A stretch of DNA of 64,000 nucleotides from Raillietiella orientalis (Eukaryota), in the NCBI GenBank assembly GCA_036172245.1, contig JAYWIR010000010.1, positions 2,418,001 to 2,482,000 on the forward strand, written 5' to 3'. How positions within the stretch are numbered: position 1 is the first letter of the stretch; each line of letters starts with the position of its first letter. Made by a program: the position numbers and the translations under genes. Shown here piece by piece: positions 1-13,466 of this stretch. The notes below the pieces were generated by a model that saw only the letters and a list, made by a program, of their open reading frames with translations, was not told the DNA's origin and made no database searches.

Positions 1-760
1 AATATAACTAGTTTGGAGTTCCTGGTTATTTGTTCGAACGAAGTGTCTCTGCACATCATTTGCTAATTTACTGTTTATCGAAAACCATGCACGCAACTGT
101 ATGCATCAAAACATCTACACGAGTTTCTGGCATGTATGAGGATATCAGTGTAGAGCTTGCCATCAGAAATTTATTCCATTTGACAAACAACGTTTCCAGA
201 CGACCAAAGGAACTAGAATGGGGGTGAAAAGGGACCAAGGGGCATTGCAAATTGCAAACATCTTGGAGTGATTAGGTTTCCGATAAAGATATGGACGCAG
301 TTCCACGCCACTCCATGGGCAGTCGATTCCTAATCAAGTCAGCTCTTTCACACTGTGTTTGCTCGAGGTCGGGAATCCTTTGTTCACATGCTAAGTTGGC
401 GAAGCAAATTGAAAGGCCTTTCTGAGACACGACACTTTAGCAGACAAATAACAAGGTGATCGGCGTTAGGGAGAACGTCAATAAGTTATTGAGTGGTCAA
501 AGATGATATTCGCCAAGTTTTGCATGTTTAGCTTGGGGTGATAATCGGTTTTCATCTGCTGTCAGTTCAACGAAATCTATCGAATCTTGGTGACCGTCAT
601 CAGTGGAGTAATCGTAAATTCTCGCAATGATGCTGGGTCACCAGAGAACTCATCATCATCGTCCATTTCAGGCTGTAAGCGTGATTTGCATCCTATAATT
701 GTAGTTTTGAGATTGGACATCAAATTATTTTTGTCTATGAGAACTTATTAAGAGGGTTCG
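1..760 (+). mobile_element. Decayed BEL/Pao retrotransposon integrase fragment
   Basis: The frame LIYCLSKTMHATVCIKTSTRVS resembles Pao integrase LFTCLxTRAVHLELVxxLSTxxF. Broken DUF5641-like text follows at about 590-740. Many stops and frameshifts; matched by eye. Confidence 0.4.
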
Positions 761-2733
761 ATGTTTACGATTACCCATCAATATGATTATGTTTTTAAGC
801 ACATGGGTTAAATTTTATTGAAAATATTCAATAGTTTGAGTTAAGAAAAACGTTAGAATTCGATGTTATAATAGCTCTTATAATCCCAAAATAAGGACGC
901 ATCTCTCAAACAAAATAGCACATTTATATTTCGATTTACTTTAAAATGGGGTATCCTGAGCAGTATAAAAATTAATAATGTACTTAATGTAACTTGACTT
1001 ACCTAATTCATGAAGAATTGAATCTTCAATCCTATATGCACCAGATGATGGATCTGGTCGTTTTTCAGATTTATTTGAGAACGACGTGACCATGATTCGG
1101 CAGAATTTATTTAGTATTTTCTACTTCTAATCTGAGAAATGCATTTTAAATATGTTTTGGTTGAGATTACTTATCACCAATGATTTCGATTTTCGATTCT
1201 GTTGGCATGGCGTATGCTGGTTAGACCATCTCGAAATAATAAAATTTCCAGGGTTTTCCTCTCTTAAATGTGATCTTTTCTAATAACTCCCGGCTACAAT
1301 TTTAACGCTTCACAAGTATAGACATGTTATGATCTTCATTTTAATTTTTCATCAATTTTATTCCTCCAAACAAGGGAAGCATCCAACATAGACTAAGAAG
1401 AGAAACGAATATCACTAGAGTACACGAAATCAATTCTGTGTGTAAGTGATCACAATAATTTTTGTAATTGTGGAGATTCATCAATGTTTTTCTAATAGAA
1501 ATCGTGTCAACTATCATGTTTTTTGTTGAAATTCTGAATGTTGACTATTCCCAAAAAATTTCCGCAGCTTACCATGAAATGCTATGGTAGATTGGAGCTA
1601 TGTAATCTCAAATAAAAGTTCCTTTTGTTGTTGTAGATTGTGGATTAGCAGTAAGCTGTACTGTAAAAGAATTTACCAAATTTTTCTAGAATATTCAGCT
1701 ACAAATCTTCATTGGTTTAGTTCATTACTCAAAAAGTTAATAAAATTAAAGTTAAGTACACATGAACACCATAATCTAATAATTTTTTTGTAGAAAACTT
1801 CTGCAATAATGTTGTTACATTGGTTAGGTTAATTTAATAACTTTTCTCTAGACAATTTCTACGAAACTAATTGTTTATAGAATTGTGAAAACAATAGAGA
1901 ATTGGACAGGATTAGTAACAATTTCCTTACAATAAAGTATATTTCCAGTAAATTAAATTTTAAATGACACTTTAGTGACATCGGCGTGAAAATTCAGCCT
2001 GAGCTTTATGCTACACTGGCAATCCATTGCAAAGATTGGTGAATTGATTATTGTTGGTTTAGTGCCCGTGCACTTACTATTATCGGCTGTTGTTTTCCGG
2101 ATATTAATTATTTCCTTTATCTGAGGAATTCAGGCTTTGATCTGCTAATGCTTTTTTTCCTTCACTTGTTTGATTCGTTAATTAAATACCATTACAATTA
2201 TTTGGTATACGAGGTATGCTCAGTAATAATGGAAGTAATTATGTTGCAGTTCGGCGTATGTGATAACTTTACAAATATGTGAGAACATAATCGATAAACA
2301 CGAATTCAATGAAAATTCGTACATAATAGGTGGTGTATGTGAGTGTGCATGGATTTAGGATGCAGTGCATTGTCGGCTTAAGTCCTAATATTGGATATTT
2401 TGAATGTGCAGTTTTGAAATTCATCCTATTGTGCACTAACAACCAAAAATATTTGTACTGTTCAGACAAACTAGTTACGATAAGCACGTTTAGTTTATAT
2501 ATTTTCACAAGCAGGATTTATATTTCAATTTGCATTACAGCGGAAAATTTGAGTGTGTGTATCATGTCGGAATGAAGATAGTGCCATTATTACTTGAATG
2601 ATAAATTTTATGATATTTGCAGCCTGTAAATGTGATGGGAGACCTATAGCAGTATGAACTTTATAAATTCAATTTAAGTGAATCAGTGTATCGTTTATTG
2701 TGTATGAAATGGATGATATGGACTATATTTGAA

Positions 2734-5700
2734 ATGCCAGTTCGCAAACAAGGTGGTAAGATTTAATATCGCTACAGCATTCTCAGTGAATAATACATGT
2801 CTTACGTGATAATTTTAGTTTTACACCGAAAAATCGAAAATTCGATTATGATCTGTAGGTTCTACAAAAAATGTAATATGTGGTAGTGATTGTTTTCAAG
2901 GAAATTTTTTTTGTATCACAAAAAAAAAAGTGCTTTTTGAAAATGAAAGAACTTTGGAAGTTCTTTTGTGTTAATCACCAATCTTTTGTGTTCTTTGTGT
3001 TCTTTTGTGTTTGAATGTTAGTGTAGTGTCAGTAAAAAAAAATTAGAACAGTTTTTTCTTTACTTCAGTTTTTTTTTTTCCTCTGAATTATGCTAATGTG
3101 GCATAAAGTGTGAATTCAATGTTTGTAGTTTTTGAATGCATGAGTACTGATTTGTCTTGAATTTATGGATTGTTTCAGAAACTCATCGTGCTCTAGAATT
3201 GCTTGAAGATTATTATTCGAAGTTGATTAAACCACAAGATAAGCAACTAAGGAGTGCTATTGAGCGTGTTATTCGTATATTTAAATCCTGGCTTTTTCAA
3301 GCTTTATTAGGTAAAATATTTTTTTTTCAAATTATGGTAATGGAATGTTTTGGATGAAAAGTAAAATAAGTAAATCTTGTCAAAAGCAGAAAATAAAAGT
3401 GATTTAGTATGCAAGCATGGTGTGTTGAAAAAAGTTTGGTTGTTATGTCTAAATAAGTATTTCTGATTGAGTCTTATTGATGACAGATAAGGGAGGGAGG
3501 ATTATTTAAAATGTTTTGAAGAATCAAGTGAAATAGTGAAAATTCTGGAACATTTTCCAGAATGCTTTTTTATTTTTTATTTTCACCAGATTATCTTAAG
3601 TGTTACTGATTGTATTTTATTAGATATCCAAGAATTTTATGAAGTTACTTTGTTGGATGATAACAAATCTATTCAACAAAAAACTGTTGAAACTCTGCAG
3701 ATAGCAAACAAGTGGGAATCTGGAATTGGTACTATTGGAGAATCTCTTGTCAAGTATATTCCAGATGTAAGCTTAATTGAAATGATTACTGAATTCATTT
3801 TACATGTTGATTTTAAATCAAACCATATATTAAAGCAGTAAAATAATTTATATTTTCAAACAATAGTTTATATCAATTTAATATAATATGAAAATTTGGA
3901 TCAGACATGCCAAATATGAATCTAATGAAATTTCCCATGATGAGCAGTGAGGTACCATTATCATACAGTGTTCTTGAAAGAATATGTTTAGGTTTTACAA
4001 TGAAAGATGATAAACGTATAAATTCATAAAACAAAAAAAGTACCGATATAGAAATGCAATTTATATAATAAGACAATATGTTTTCTGATTCATAGAAGCT
4101 TGGGAAATGAAGAATCATTCTAATAACAAATTATCTTCAATGCATTTTGTTCTCAATTGAAACAAGATATAAAAAAAAACTGTAATCCGCAAGTTGTTCT
4201 GTTTCATCTTTTGAATCTCACTGTACTTTAAACTTGTAGTCATTGAAAGCTTGTATTTTGTTCCGTAGTTAGGATGTGAAAGAATGTTGTTACATTATAT
4301 CCAACCCATATAAAAGTGAAAACATTTTATTTATGAAATTTAAGCTGCGATCGAGTATTCTAGAACACTTGTTTTCAATGAAAACTTCAATGTAACTCGA
4401 TCATATTTCTTATTTCAATTGTTTTTATTTTTGTTGTATAATGAAGATAAAGATTCGTTTTTTCATGTTATTTATCTTGGTTTTTGTCATAAAATTCATC
4501 ATAAAAGTTGAGATTAATTCAAAGATATGATCGAATATGCAACAGCATATTGTATTTATGTTTTCATTTTGCAATTTCGCCAAGTGGAAAGTTAAATCAC
4601 ATATCTCCAGCTTCGAATTGTTTTTTTGTCTGTAAGGGTATTTTGGGCTTTAAATTTAGAAAAGATTGCAAAAAAAATCACAACTTCTGTAAGTGTTAAG
4701 TCATCTCGTTTTTTGATTTCCAGAAATCGAACCAGGACCATACATTAGATAATAACTCATATGAAGTGCAAGATGATGTAAATTGTGAGTTAGAATACTA
4801 CCCAGATATGGAGAAGTCATCTCCAAATGTTGTAAAAGAAAATCCAGAAATGGTATTCGCCTTTTTAAAACTGATAACTTAATTTTTGTTAAAGTAAAGT
4901 CAGATTTTGAGTGTTTGCAGACAAAACAAAAATTAAATTATCAGAAATTTTTCACATTGACGTAAGCTTCATTGCAGAATGTAAATTGTTAGTGATAATT
5001 TATTGTATATTTTTTGGCAGTCTTCATGTTGAAGAATGATCTAAAACAATCTCTATGAATTATGCATTTTTAAAAATTGATTATTGTATCAGCGATTACA
5101 GTTCTCTATTTCTCAGTTATGATTTTTTCATCTCAGTTGCTAAGAATGCTCAGGTTTAGGCAACAGTTCAAGACCATTTTCCATTCTTAATTGCAAAGCC
5201 AAATTGGTGCATCTCTAAAAGCTGAAATAAATAATGATTATGCATTTTATATCTTTTCTCGACTTCATTACTATTTCGAAATGTACTTGCATCCTTAAAA
5301 GCCACTTTATGTGAAACTGAAATAGTGCACTCATTCTTGCTAATGTTCCTATTATATTCTTTATTGTGAAATGTAAAGTGGTGTGTATACAACTTTATGT
5401 CTTTCTAAAATTGTCTTTGCTCCTTGACTTTGAAACTTGTATTTTGGAATCAAGTTATATGTATAATAAAACACATCTTTAATGCTTGAGTAGTGTACAA
5501 TTGTCTATTGCTAAATAGCAGGAATGTTTTAATTGTCGGAGTTCTGATTCCATTGCTTATTTTGTGATGTTAATTTCGGTGTAGTGTATTTCATTCATTG
5601 TCAAGGCACATTGGTAGACTGAATGCTACAGTTTTGTAAATTATTATTATTTAACTTTGTAGAAATTACTTTTGCAGTTTAAGGAAATGTAAAGGATCAA

Positions 5701-8700
5701 AACATAGTTTTGGAGTTTATTAATTGAATCTGTTGTGTACACTTGATTATGTTTTCTTCCCTTGACAACTGAAGTTTGGATAAATGTTTCCTTTTTAAAA
5801 GGATTAATTATTCAGTTGAGAAAAATTGTCAATAAAATAAACCGATTTTCTAAAGAAAGAAATCACCAGCAGACTAATAAAGTGATTTTGCATAACAGTT
5901 AGAGAATAAACAAAATCTAAATGTATTAAGGCTGCTGCCTCAATTCTCATCATTTCTTAGCTTTGTATGCGCCCTCTGTATGCCTTTGCAATTATCATCA
6001 TTGCTGCTACTATAATAAGTTTGTGCTGTTCGTATGTTAAAAATTTCTTTTCCTTAAGAGGTCTTTTTTTTAGGTACTCCCAAAATATATTTGGTTTGCA
6101 TGTTCAAAAGCACGTTTTTTTTTATTTATTTATTTTGTAAAATTGCAAGCTGATTCTCAAATTTTGTGTTCATTCTATTTTGGATGTATACACTATATCT
6201 CGCGAATATCCAACATTTATATGTTAAGAATGCTTTTGATATCAACTTACCTGGCTTAGACATTTGCGCAATTCCATTTACAGTGACACTTATTGTTATA
6301 TACTATATTTTATATTAAATAGTGGCTCTTAAATGTTCACATGATATGGCCTTTTCAGATAAACAGTGACGAAAACTGGACCATGTTTCGTGTTTGCCTT
6401 AAACGTGGGGATTCTGGACTTGGTTTCAGCATCTCTGGTGGCACAGATGCTGCATATATGGAGAATGATGCATCGATTTATATTACTAAAATCATCCCTG
6501 GAGGGTCAGCATTTTCTGATAGTAGATTGTTGATTGGAGATATCATTCTTTCTGTTAATGAAACAAGCATGATAAATATATCACACACTGAAGCAGTTGA
6601 AATACTCAAAAAAGCTGGAAATGTTGTCGATTTGGTAACCTAGTCCTTCACCCAAGCATTGAATTCACATGTTTTGCAGTTAATCAAACGTCCCACAAAA
6701 TCAATCCCTAACAACCCAAAAAAGCTGGAAATTGAATTGTTTAAAAGCAATAAAGGTTTGGGCTTTAGCATCGCAGGTGGAATAGGAAATCAGCATATCC
6801 CTGGAGATAATGGAATATACGTCACTAAGATCTTGGAAGGGGGAACTGCACATTTAGACAGACGCTTAGCAGTTGGAGACAAGTTAATTGCTGTCAAAAG
6901 TGCATCGGTATGTATAGGAATCCCTTTAGCCTGACAAAGGACTTCCAGCCGAAGAATAATTATTGGTCAGCTGGAGGAAATTAATTTAGAAAATGTAACC
7001 CATGAGGAAGCAGTTGCAGCACTGAAATCCACTTTAGACAGTGTTACTTTGATTGTGCAGAAGATGGAAGTTACTGATTCTACCATAAATGATATAGCAG
7101 GCTAGTTGATCTGTATTCTAAAGGTAATAAATTTATCTGACTATTAGGTCCTTTAGATACATCATCTACTAATAATGAAGCATTTGAAGGTAATACTTTG
7201 AAGACTTCTGAAGAAGAATTATGCAGGTTAGATAGTACTACCTAACCCTTTGGAATTCAGTTTACACTATGAAATAAAAAAAAGCATCAGATCGACAAAG
7301 CCAGTCCGCATAAAAATTTTCCAGAGAAATGACCTTGTTAATGCCCTGGATTTGAAACTTCCATGATATTTTAATTGAGGTTCAATTTCTTTGACTATAT
7401 AGGTGACATGAGGCATTTTGTGGACTTTTTTTTCAATCTACAAGTTTTCTAATTTTTAAGTACAAACTTACAGTTTATTTGTTTTAAATGTATCTTCCAC
7501 TTTTAAAATCACCTCGATGTTAGTATCAGAGACACACGATGTTTCATTTATCAGTTGTTCTTTGTACTAAATATTAATTCAACTCCAAACAGTAAATTCA
7601 ATTAGTAACTTGTTGGTAATAGTTACTGTTAATGTTGATACAAAGTACATGCATTAGATGAATAAGGATTGTCAAGATAAGGATCAGAAAATGAGAAAAA
7701 CACAACCAGAAAATTTGCAGCAAACTTGGAAACCGGTGTAAAGTTAACACTCATTAGATTTTTTTTTTTTACGCAATAGGAAATGCTTAGAAATATCATT
7801 AGCTGCATGGAAGTCTAAATTGGTACTTGTAAAATTTTTGAATGCCCACGAAATGAAGAGCTTTCTTTTCTAGTAGTTATGGATCGGCAGAAGTCTAATC
7901 ATATAGCCAAAAACAATTTTTCAAGTTATCACTGCCGAAAATATTTTTAAGATTCACATGTTTAACCAATTGTATAATTGTGCTACATATTTTGTTTGAT
8001 TCTGATTGGCTTGGTGTACACCATTGTTTTGTTTTTTTATTATATGTGTAATGATTATTCGTGTTTATAAAATTCCGGTTATCTGTAAATTGCGTGTTTT
8101 ATCAAAACCTTAAGTAATTTCTACTTTTCCTCAAATTTATATATTGACAGGTAATGTCTCCTTAAAGGAGTATTTCTGGATAAAATCAACTCAAAAGATG
8201 TTGTCACAGGCACTGCAGTTTAAGGTGCAGCTGGAAATCGTTTGCTTTTCTCCATCTCTTAATGTTTAGCAGTAATTTCTAAGATTTGTTTCATGGGAAT
8301 TACTGAGAAACTATATCATTTCCATGAAAAGCTGTTACAAAATTCTAATCATGATAATTAAGTGGAATTAGGTAATAGAACCCCTTGGTCAAGTTTAGTA
8401 TAAGAGAGTTGTTTGAAAGTTTTGTAGTGGAGTGAATCTGTGTTATGTATTTGATAGCAAAGTTCGACTGAATAACTCTTGATTTTCATCAGTACGCATA
8501 AGTACATTTTCTAATTAGAACAATAAAGGGATTTCCTCACATACTTTTATAAATGTTTGGTTTCACACAATCATTATGGAAACAACAAAAACGTATTTAC
8601 ATAATTCAAGAGGTCATTTACATGATGATTAATGTGTCAGTTTTTCAGTGAACCACGCCTTGTTACTCTTTCAAAAGGTTCTTCAGGACTTGGCTTTAAT

Positions 8701-11700
8701 ATAGTTGGAGGTGAAAGTGGGGAAGGTATATTTATTTCCTTCATTTTGGCTGGAGGTCCAGCTGATTATAGTGGACAGTTAAAACGTGGTGATCAGATAC
8801 TTTATGTCAATGACATAGATCTACGTCATGCCACACATGAGCAAGCTGCTCAGGCACTTAAGGTATGCTATTTCGTATTCACTTCCATTTCTTGAGCCTG
8901 TTTTTAGAATTCTGGACAGCTTGTGAATCTTACAGTTCAATATAAACCAGAAGAATATAATTCATTTGAAGCTAGAATACATAATCTCCGTGAGCAGATT
9001 ATAACTGGAACAATGAGGCCTTCACAGAAGCGTTCTCTGATTGTCAGGTTTGCTATTATTTTGCAAAATCTTCCAAGTGACATTTTGCTTGTAAAGCGGC
9101 AGATTTTGTAGAGGAAAACATCCATGTACATTTTTAAAAAGAAAGCACTTACCCGTATAAGTGCTTCCAAAATTACCTGTATAAGTTTTTAACATCTTAA
9201 GTGAATTCCACAGTCACAACTGAACTGAAAATTTGAGTTCATAATGCAAATAAGAATAGAGTAGGTGTAATCAGAAATGCACTTGGAAGCATGGGCACAT
9301 TTTAGATTTAAGGTATCCACAATTGGTTCTTGAGGTGATATACATGTGTCTTCCATACGAAAACAAAATATTTTGGCATATTCATTTTCGGATTTTGTAA
9401 TACTTGTTTCATTTTAAATCCGTTTCAGAAACTTGTGAGCATCCAGAAATATCATGATGTATTCTTTGTAATGGTGGTTAAAATGTTAATGGTTTAAAGA
9501 CATTCATTGTTTGTTGTCTATTTTGATGTCACTAAAGTTGGAAGTCACGGAGAAACTACACAGGAACACTCAAATCGTGCTTAAAGGAACAGTTTCCACA
9601 TTAGTGCATAGAAGCGATACGGGTTCATACGCCTTAGAGTGCTTGATTTTCTATTTGCTTATCCAATTCCTTAGAAGCTTATGCAGCAAGAGGTTTAAAT
9701 ACGTTTAAAAGTACTTCTGTTATATATTTGAACAAATTTTTGGAAAAACATGTAACTGGAGATAAATATGATCAGATAACCAGTAGGTTCATAACATTTT
9801 AAAAATAGGAACAAAGGGAATAGCAGTAAACTTGAGAGGATGGAGCTCACAAAAATTGGCTTTGCATTTGGGGGAATTCAATTTTTTTTTTTTTTTTCTT
9901 AACAAAATGTACTTTGAACACAGGTTTGCCAGTAATAGAATGCTTGTAAAGAAAAAAAAAAAAATTTTTTCTTTTCTCATAGCATGTTTTGTCGTTGTGT
10001 TTCATGTTATGCCGTTCTGATCGCATGATATAAAAGAAACCTCATCGGGAAGCAGTGGTTAGGGCAGGGGTTTATTCCGTGAACTGATTTCATGCACCAC
10101 TCAGACGGATCATAAAGTAGCGAAGCGAAATCCTAAACGAGCATTAAAAAGTTGGGATTGCCGCGTGAAATCACATTGCACAGCAATCCATTTGTTTATC
10201 CTTCGGGTTTTGAAAATCGTTTTTCCATGCTCCTCCGCGGGTTTGCATTTGTAGGTTTGTTTACAGTGGGAAGGGGTTTTCAGTTTTTCACAAACCGATG
10301 TGAAACGTAGATATCAAACGTGGTGCTGTGCATAAATTTGGTTGTGCATTGCAAGCGGGGCGACTTCTCCAAAGAGAACACGGAGCTGTTTTGTCTGTTG
10401 GAGTTGTGCATCTTCTAAAAAAGGATGCCGTTATTGATCTGAACCACGACACGGCTGAGAACGCGTTTGGGATTTCGTCAGAGCAGCTTTTCTGGAGAAG
10501 TTCCTTTTCATCCGTTTTCGTACGTGAGAGTTGTTTCTGATTCAAAGCCCCTGCCCCCGTTGCTAACTTTGGCGATCCTGCATCACCCCCTCCCCCCCGT
10601 TTTCTTTCCCTTTCCCCTCCTCCGCAGTATCCGCGAAGCCTTCGCGGTGCGTCCTTTCGGGCTGCTCGCGAGCGGTGCCGTCGCCGTCGTGAAAGCGCGG
10701 CTGGCGAAATGCAGCCCCGCGCTTTTGCAGGCGGTGTTCGAGCGGAAGGAGAAAGTTGCCAGGCCTGTGCTTGCCACCTCTGCCCGGAATCCGCGATTGC
10801 TTGCGACCGCTACATAGTGCACCGTCAGTTGGGCTTTCGTTATGTAAGTGTCGTCCCGACCGAACTCCGCAGCTCGCGTTGCGTGCGTACGGCCGGTTCG
10901 TACGCGCACTCCCCGTACGAGAGCATCCCCTGGCGGTCCACGCTGCCCGTTGGCTTCTCGGATCGCTCAGTACAATCGCAGCCCCCATCGTAATGTGTGC
11001 CGATGGTGGAGTTGCAGCCTGAAGTTTGTTTCCTGAGCAAATGACAGGTGAACCCACGGGTGTTCCAGTGTTCCTTACCCCCTGGATTGGTGTGTGCACT
11101 TCAAGCAAACCGCAGCAGCGGCGGAACACCACATCTTTCCTCATTTCACTTAAGACATTTGCGATTTTGTTGAGAGTACAGTGCTTAAGGTCCGATCGCA
11201 TTGACGCCGTGGTGTTCAGCAGAGCAAATAAATTTCGTTTTTTTACCGAATCCATATGCAGGAATGCTAGGCGTGCACCGCGCCCTCCGTCCCCCCCCCC
11301 CTTCCTCCTCCTCCGTCTGCGGTCTTATTTCTGTTTTCGAATTACGTGTTAAATCTTATTTGGATCCGAGATTTGCCGACTGTGCTCAGCAAATGCCCCA
11401 GTTTATAAAATGAGTGCAGTTGAAAATTAATTCAAGTAGATCAGTAAAAACGAGATTTACGGTGAAAAGCGCCATAGCAATTCAGAAATAGTATTGACAT
11501 GAAGAAAACGGAATATCATGAACATGCAAGATTTTGTGTCGTACTTTCAAGTATCTCCAGCGGCTTTTAATTATCGCAATTCTTAGAAACAGTAGGCACA
11601 GCAGCAGTAAGTTTCAATTAAGTCCTAATAGCTGATATAAGTTCTAAAAACTGCTGTATGTTTAGCATTTAGATGATTGAACATTGCTTGTTAGGCACAT

Positions 11701-13382
11701 GTGACTCAGATTCATGATAAGTACTTTAATGGATAAGAAAATTCCAAGTTGAGCTTGTTTGTTTGTGTAAGTTCTATTAATGGCATGTCTATAAATTAAA
11801 ATCTTTTTAGACAATGATACAATAGTAAATTGAAAAATTAGTTCATTTTAACACATTAAAATAGTCTCTAAGGAAAAGTTATAGCACTATTTGCAAGAAA
11901 GTAATTCGTATTCATAATCAAGCTGAGGCATCGTGATTAGCAAGATATGTGACAAAAACTAATGCCAGGAATTATTGTATGCCCAAAACTCAAATTTCAT
12001 ATGAGGTATTTTCCCCCTAAGTATTTAATGCAATTTAAGTGTGTAAAGGAAATATTTTGTGCAATGTCAAAGTGATAGAATAAGTTTTATCACATTTTTG
12101 CAACAATATTGGATTTTAAATTTTTTGTTACTTTCATAGAGCTCTTTTTGATTATGATCCAAACAAAGATGATGGGCTTCCTAGTAAAGGATTATCTTTC
12201 AATTATGGTGATATTCTTCACATCACAAATGCTTCAGATGATGAGTGGTGGCAGGCAAAAAAAGTTTTATCTGATGGAAGTGAGGAAGGGATAGGTATCA
12301 TACCTTCAAAGCGCAGATGGGAAAGAAAGCAAAGAGCTCGTGACAAATCAGTGAAATTTCAAGGAAAGCCTGAAGAAGTCAATGTATTTCAAATAAGTAT
12401 GCTTTAGACTGATTGTTGTAATTTTCGTTTTTAGTCAACCCTGGAACGTAAAAAAAAGAACTTTTCCTTCAGTAGAAAGTTTCCATTCATGAAGAACAAG
12501 GATGACAAATATGAAGATGAATGTGAATGTAAGTTTCATATTTGGAAGAGAAAAAAAAAAAAAAAATGAAAAATTGTCTTTCCAGCTGTGAGATGTAATT
12601 CAGATTTGGAAACTTCAAGCTACAGTAAGTGGTTATGTCTGTGTAAAATTTTAAAGTTTGTACTTCAGGAGAAGATTACTGGTTATCATATGAACCTGTT
12701 CATCAAGTTGAAATAAAGTATGCTCGCCCGATTGTTATTCTTGGTCCCTTAAAAGATAGAATAAATGATGATCTCATTTCTGCATATCCAGAAAAATTTG
12801 GAAGTTGTGTTCCACGTATGTTCTCATTTTTCATAAGATCTTAAATCCATTTTTCGGCAGATACTACCCGATCTCGTAGAGAAAATGAAGTAGATGGACG
12901 TGACTATCATTTTGTAGCTTCTCGAGAACAAATGGAACATGACATTCAGAGGCATTTATTTATAGAGGCTGGACAATACAATGACAACTTATATGGAACT
13001 AGTTTAGCATCTGTGGAGCAAGTCGCCAAGCAGGTGATCTAATTTGACAACTATGGAAATAATAAGCTTTCAGGGCAAACATTGCATTTTAGATGTTAGT
13101 GGAAATGCTATTAAGCGTCTTTATGCAGCCCAACTTTATCCGATCGCTATTTTCATTAAAATCAGAAGTGTTGAAGCAATTATGGAAATGAACAAGAGAA
13201 TGCCAGAAGAGCAAGCCAAGAAATTATATGAGAAAGCAATTAAGCTGGAACATGAATTTAGTGAATATTTTACAGCAATAGCAACAGGAAACACACCAGA
13301 AGAAATTTACAGAAAAGTCATTCAGATTATTGATGAACAGTCTGGACCAGTAATTTGGATACCATCCAAAAATCAACTATAG
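2734..13382 (+). CDS. dlg1: Discs large 1 MAGUK (L27, 3 PDZ, SH3, HOOK, GUK), 16 coding exons
   Basis: Exons 2734-2752 (or 2755), 3179-3310, 3624-3766, 4724-4852, 6359-6634, 6680-6907, 6971-7100, 7148-7226, 8649-8862, 8908-9047, 12140-12383, 12435-12528, 12586-12624, 12669-12815, 12861-13033, 13074-13382 join in frame. Motifs: [18 protein letters not shown] (L27), three GLGF PDZ loops, RALFDYD...DDEWWQA (SH3), FGSCVPHTTR and [13 protein letters not shown] (GUK). Confidence 0.96.
9100..11700 (-). mobile_element. Decayed BEL/Pao element (gag knuckle, protease, RT, RNase H) antisense in dlg1 intron 10
   Basis: Motifs occur in the expected order along the minus strand: [24 protein letters not shown] (gag Cys/His), [11 protein letters not shown] (cf. 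LLDSGSQRS protease), [17 protein letters not shown] (cf. RFRxHxIAxTADIxKM), ILTTITK..FWML (cf. ILSxIAxxYDPLG). Confidence 0.6.
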
Positions 13383-13460
13383 CTTTAACATTCCTTCTCT
13401 TTTGTAAAGAAAATCACTTCCTGAAATATTAATTTGTTCTTAGCATTCAGATCTGATTAT

Positions 13461-13466
13461 AATAAA
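13461..13466 (+). promoter_or_regulatory. Candidate polyadenylation signal for dlg1
   Basis: AATAAA about 80 nt after the stop codon, followed by T-rich sequence. Confidence 0.4.

Noticed and set aside
5137..5153. Possible dlg1 micro-exon (CTCAG|TTGCTAAGAATGCTCAG|GTTTAG)
   Set aside because: At 17 nt it would break the frame between two phase-0 junctions.
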